Shown here piece by piece: positions 61,413-64,000 of a DNA stretch of 64,000 bases. The notes beneath the pieces were generated by a model that ran no database searches, had not been told where the DNA came from, and saw nothing but the letters and a program-made list of their open reading frames with translations. The number at the start of each line of letters is the position of its first letter. Within the stretch, counting starts at the first letter, position 1. Origin of the DNA: Syntrophales bacterium (GTDB lineage Bacteria; Desulfobacterota; Syntrophia; Syntrophales; UBA2192); assembly GCA_035450185.1 (NCBI GenBank), contig DAOTMG010000010.1, positions 2,216-66,215 on the forward strand, written 5' to 3'. The position numbers and the translations under genes were made by a program.

Positions 61413-61943
61413 TCATCCCTTGAAAAATCTATCTTTTTCGCTGTAGATACAGCCGCAGTATTTCTGTCTGTAGAGGCCGGATTCCCGGGCTTTTCTCTGC
61501 CCTTCCGTCCAGCCCTCGCGGAAATCCCGGTAGTAAAACTTGAGACCATATGTTCGGGCGATCTCCTCCCCGATGTCTCGAGCCAGATCATGTTTCTGAT
61601 ACCGGCTGTAGAGGAGCGTCGTCGAAAAGTATCTGATCCCCTCCCTGTTTGCGATCACGGCCGCAGCCTGAAGCCGATGGGTGTAGCAGAAAGCACACCG
61701 ATCCCCCTCACTCTGCACCAGGCCTCTCAGGAAGTCTTCCATGGGGTATCCTTCGGAAACGAGAACATTCAGACCCTGGTTCGCTGTGTATTCCCGGAGC
61801 GCATCCAACCGTTTCTGATATTCCTGATAGGGATGAATGTTGGGATTGAAGAAAAAACCCAGGAGTTCGACTCCCTCCTCACGCAGGATCCGGGCGGGAA
61901 ACATCGTGCAGGGCGCACAGCATATGTGAAGAAGGAGTTTCAT
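61413..61943 (-). CDS. queH: epoxyqueuosine reductase QueH (DUF208)
   Basis: LLLHICCAPC, FFNPNIHP, CAFCYTHRL, and YCGCIYSE cysteine motifs of QueH. ATG 61943. Confidence 0.9.
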   Translation of the reverse strand: MKLLLHICCAPCTMFPARILREEGVELLGFFFNPNIHPYQEYQKRLDALREYTANQGLNVLVSEGYPMEDFLRGLVQSEGDRCAFCYTHRLQAAAVIANREGIRYFSTTLLYSRYQKHDLARDIGEEIARTYGLKFYYRDFREGWTEGQRKARESGLYRQKYCGCIYSEKDRFFKG

Positions 61944-61952
61944 GATGAAAAT

Positions 61953-62030
61953 GGTATAGGGCTTCGGGCTAATGGCAAACGGCACAATCTTTTCCGCCTT
62001 TAGCCTTATGCCTTACGCCTTATGCCCGCC
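61953..62030. repeat. imperfect-palindromic intergenic repeat, family 1 copy A (inverted relative to copy B)
   Basis: The reverse complement reads GGCGGGCATAAGGCGTAAGGCATAAGGCTAAAGGCGGAAAAGATTGTGCC...GAAGCCCTATACC. It shares the blocks TAAGGCAT, GGCTAAAGGC, GGAAAAGATT and GAAGCC, in the same order, with 63711-63790 on the plus strand. Confidence 0.6.
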
Positions 62031-62033
62031 TTT

Positions 62034-63068
62034 TCAGAACAATTCTTTCTGATCCCCCGACCACTTTCTCCCAAAATGATCGTAGGCGATTTTCGTGGCC
62101 ACACGGCCCCTCGGTGTTCTCTGGACGTAACCCTCCTGGATGAGGAACGGTTCGTAGACATCTTCGATGGTCCCTTTTTCTTCGCCCAGCGCAGCGGCCA
62201 GGTTGTCGATGCCCACGGGTCCGCCGTTGAACTTGTCGATCATGGCCAGCAGGAGCTTGCGGTCCATGGCGTCGAAACCCCGGCGATCGACTTCCAGAAA
62301 TTCGAGGGCCTCGGAGGCCACGGACTTTGTGATCAGACCTCCCGCCCGGACTTGGGCAAAGTCCCTGACTCTCCTGAGCAGCCGGTTCGCCACCCGGGGC
62401 GTTCCCCTGGAGCGTCCGGCGATTTCCCCGGCCCCTGAATCATCGATCTCTATCATGAGGATGCGGGCGGACCGCTTTATGATGGTGGCCAGTTCCGCCG
62501 GCAGATAAAAATCCAACCGAAAACTTATGCCGAACCGGTCACGGAGCGGTGAGGTGAGAAGCCCTGTCCGCGTGGTTGCGCCGACCATAGTGAAACGGGG
62601 GATATTGAGCTTCATGGACCGGGCGGAAGGTCCCTGGCCCACCAGGATGTCGATGTGATAATCCTCCATGGCGGGATAGAGGACCTCCTCCACGATGTTC
62701 GGGAGCCGATGGACTTCGTCGATGAACAGGACATCCTGGTCCTGAAGATTGGTCAGGATGGCCGCCAGATCCCCCTGCCGCTCGATGACGGGGCCTGCCG
62801 TCACCCGGATGTTCACGCCCATTTCCCGGGCAATGATGTAGGCCAGGGTCGTCTTGCCGAGGCCGGGCGGCCCGGAGAGGAGCACGTGATCCAGCGCTTC
62901 CCGCCGGCCCTTGGCGGCCTTGACGAAAAGATCAAGGCTTTCCTTGATCCTCTCCTGTCCGACATAGTCCTTCAGCGTCTTCGGGCGGAGGGACATCTCC
63001 TCGACGGCTTCCTCATCCCGGCTTGCCGGATCCACCAGCGGGTTTCTTGTGTCTTTCAGTTCTTTCAT
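62034..63068 (-). CDS. ruvB: Holliday junction branch migration helicase RuvB
   Basis: [12 protein letters not shown], Walker [19 protein letters not shown], and RTPRGR C-terminus. 344 aa. Confidence 0.97.
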   Translation of the reverse strand: MKELKDTRNPLVDPASRDEEAVEEMSLRPKTLKDYVGQERIKESLDLFVKAAKGRREALDHVLLSGPPGLGKTTLAYIIAREMGVNIRVTAGPVIERQGDLAAILTNLQDQDVLFIDEVHRLPNIVEEVLYPAMEDYHIDILVGQGPSARSMKLNIPRFTMVGATTRTGLLTSPLRDRFGISFRLDFYLPAELATIIKRSARILMIEIDDSGAGEIAGRSRGTPRVANRLLRRVRDFAQVRAGGLITKSVASEALEFLEVDRRGFDAMDRKLLLAMIDKFNGGPVGIDNLAAALGEEKGTIEDVYEPFLIQEGYVQRTPRGRVATKIAYDHFGRKWSGDQKELF

Positions 63069-63097
63069 CCTTTATGCGTCAATCTTCTTTATCGCTT

Positions 63098-63703
63098 TCA
63101 CGAGATCAGCCGAAGGGCTTTCTTGAGGGCCTGCTCGAGATTCATGGTCTGGGGCGCCTCGTCAAAGACGCGGTCGACGACTGTCTTTGCCCTGTTTCTC
63201 TTGTAGCCGAGATTTACGAGAGCGGACAACACTTCTTCGCGAACGACATCGAGGGGAGCGATTTTGTCCTGGGGCGTCTGTTCGGCCGTCTCCGTATCGA
63301 TCTTCACCAGCCTGTCCCGTAATTCCAGAATGATCCTTTCGGCCATTTTCTTCCCCACGCCGGGAATACGGGTGAGCTTCGCCCGATCCTCGCTGAAAAC
63401 CGCCCCGATGAAATCCGCCGGCGCGGTCCCGGAGAGGAGGTTCAGGGCGAGTTTGGGACCAATGCCGTTCACGGTCAGAAGCATCTCGAAGAGCCGCCTC
63501 TCCTCGGAGGTATAGAAGCCGAACAGATGGATGGCGTCTTCCCGAACGGCGGTATAAATGTGAAGTTGCACCTCCGACCCTTCATCGGAGAGTACGTAAA
63601 AAGTGGACAGCGGGATGAAAACCCGGTAGCCGACACCGTTGACCTCGACATGAATGTGGCCCGGTGATTTGTATGTCAGTTTACCGTTGAGGCTCGCGAT
63701 CAT
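63098..63703 (-). CDS. ruvA: Holliday junction DNA-binding protein RuvA
   Basis: MIASLNGKL...VEVNGVGYRV, HhH motifs LLTVNGIGPKLAL and LTRIPGVGKKMAERI, and C-terminal domain III. Confidence 0.95.
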   Translation of the reverse strand: MIASLNGKLTYKSPGHIHVEVNGVGYRVFIPLSTFYVLSDEGSEVQLHIYTAVREDAIHLFGFYTSEERRLFEMLLTVNGIGPKLALNLLSGTAPADFIGAVFSEDRAKLTRIPGVGKKMAERIILELRDRLVKIDTETAEQTPQDKIAPLDVVREEVLSALVNLGYKRNRAKTVVDRVFDEAPQTMNLEQALKKALRLIS

Positions 63704-63710
63704 AAAAACC

Positions 63711-63790
63711 CGGCTTAAGGCATGGGGCTAAAGGCAAGCGACTTGGAAAAGATTCGTTCCCGATTTCCCTGAAGCCATTTGTCTTCAGCC
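63711..63790. repeat. imperfect-palindromic intergenic repeat, family 1 copy B
   Basis: CGGCTTAAGGCATGGGGCTAAAGGCAAGCGACTTGGAAAAGATTCGTTCCCGATTTCCCTGAAGCCATTTGTCTTCAGCC. The outer arms GGCTTAAG and CTTCAGCC are complementary. It lies between the ruvC stop and the ruvA start. Confidence 0.6.
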
Positions 63791-63809
63791 ATTCGTCGAA
63801 AGAGTGCGG

Positions 63810-64000
63810 TCACAGGACCGCATTCCCCCTTGTGTTCACATGGCAGATGGCCACCGCCAGCGCATCGGAGGCGTCTTCCGGCGGCACTTTCGGGAGGTTC
63901 AACATCGCCTTGACCATCTGCTGGACCTGATGCTTCTCCGCCCGCCCGTAACCGACGACCGCCTTCTTGACCTCGAGCGGCGTGTATTCATACACCGGAA
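63810..64000 (-). CDS. ruvC: crossover junction endodeoxyribonuclease RuvC, C-terminal part (5' end lies outside the window)
   Basis: ...[32 protein letters not shown]...[12 protein letters not shown] is the conserved RuvC C-terminus with the catalytic Asp. The frame stays open to the window edge. Confidence 0.9.
   Translation of the reverse strand, partial: PVYEYTPLEVKKAVVGYGRAEKHQVQQMVKAMLNLPKVPPEDASDALAVAICHVNTRGNAVL

Noticed and set aside
61996-62030. Tandem 7-mers (TAAGGCN) and other short direct repeats were considered as CRISPR, iteron or satellite arrays.
   Set aside because: The units are 7 nt with no unique spacers and only 4-5 copies, embedded in hairpin arms. No cas or rep genes are nearby. 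They are better described as the substructure of the palindromic repeats.

Overview
GC-rich chromosomal segment from a Gram-negative bacterium (lpxC, heptose and UDP-sugar genes are present). Heavy sigma-54 usage and an archaeal-type thiamine pathway suggest a deltaproteobacterial / Desulfobacterota-like anaerobe, but that is inference only. Gene density is high and most of the window is housekeeping: ruvCAB, queH, lpxC, dnaJ, purC, rsmB, fmt, priA, dksA, comF, rsfS, ugd, tatD, thiC/thi4/thiDN, xth, azlCD.

The main accessory block is an MSHA-like type IV pilus locus on the minus strand (about 5.3-17.3 kb). It runs pilM-pilN fusion, pilO, pilP-like, lipoprotein secretin, ExeA/MshM-like ATPase, MshE-like ATPase, PilC-like platform, a membrane-anchored sigma-54 activator with no receiver domain, then a single pilin gene. 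Strong sigma-54 promoter motifs sit about 300 nt upstream of both the assembly operon and the pilin gene. The ATPase N-terminus carries two tandem MshEN-type c-di-GMP binding motifs.

Convergent on the pilin lies a glycosylation-like cluster: GT2, two methyltransferases, a flippase-like membrane protein and a TMTC-like GT-C/TPR protein. One methyltransferase contains a G11 tract.

Other notable items:
- A TPP riboswitch with an intrinsic terminator ahead of thiDN-thi4-thiC.
- Three tandem Hsp20 genes.
- A frameshifted hotdog thioesterase remnant.
- A LonC-like protease / lipoprotein / sigma-54 response regulator operon, convergent on an lpxC / NtrY-like kinase / epimerase unit that has its own sigma-54 promoter motif.
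- Two related families of imperfect-palindromic intergenic repeats. One pair flanks ruvA-ruvB in inverted orientation.

No tRNA, rRNA, CRISPR array, transposase or integrase was seen. All family assignments were made by eye from motifs, without database searches.
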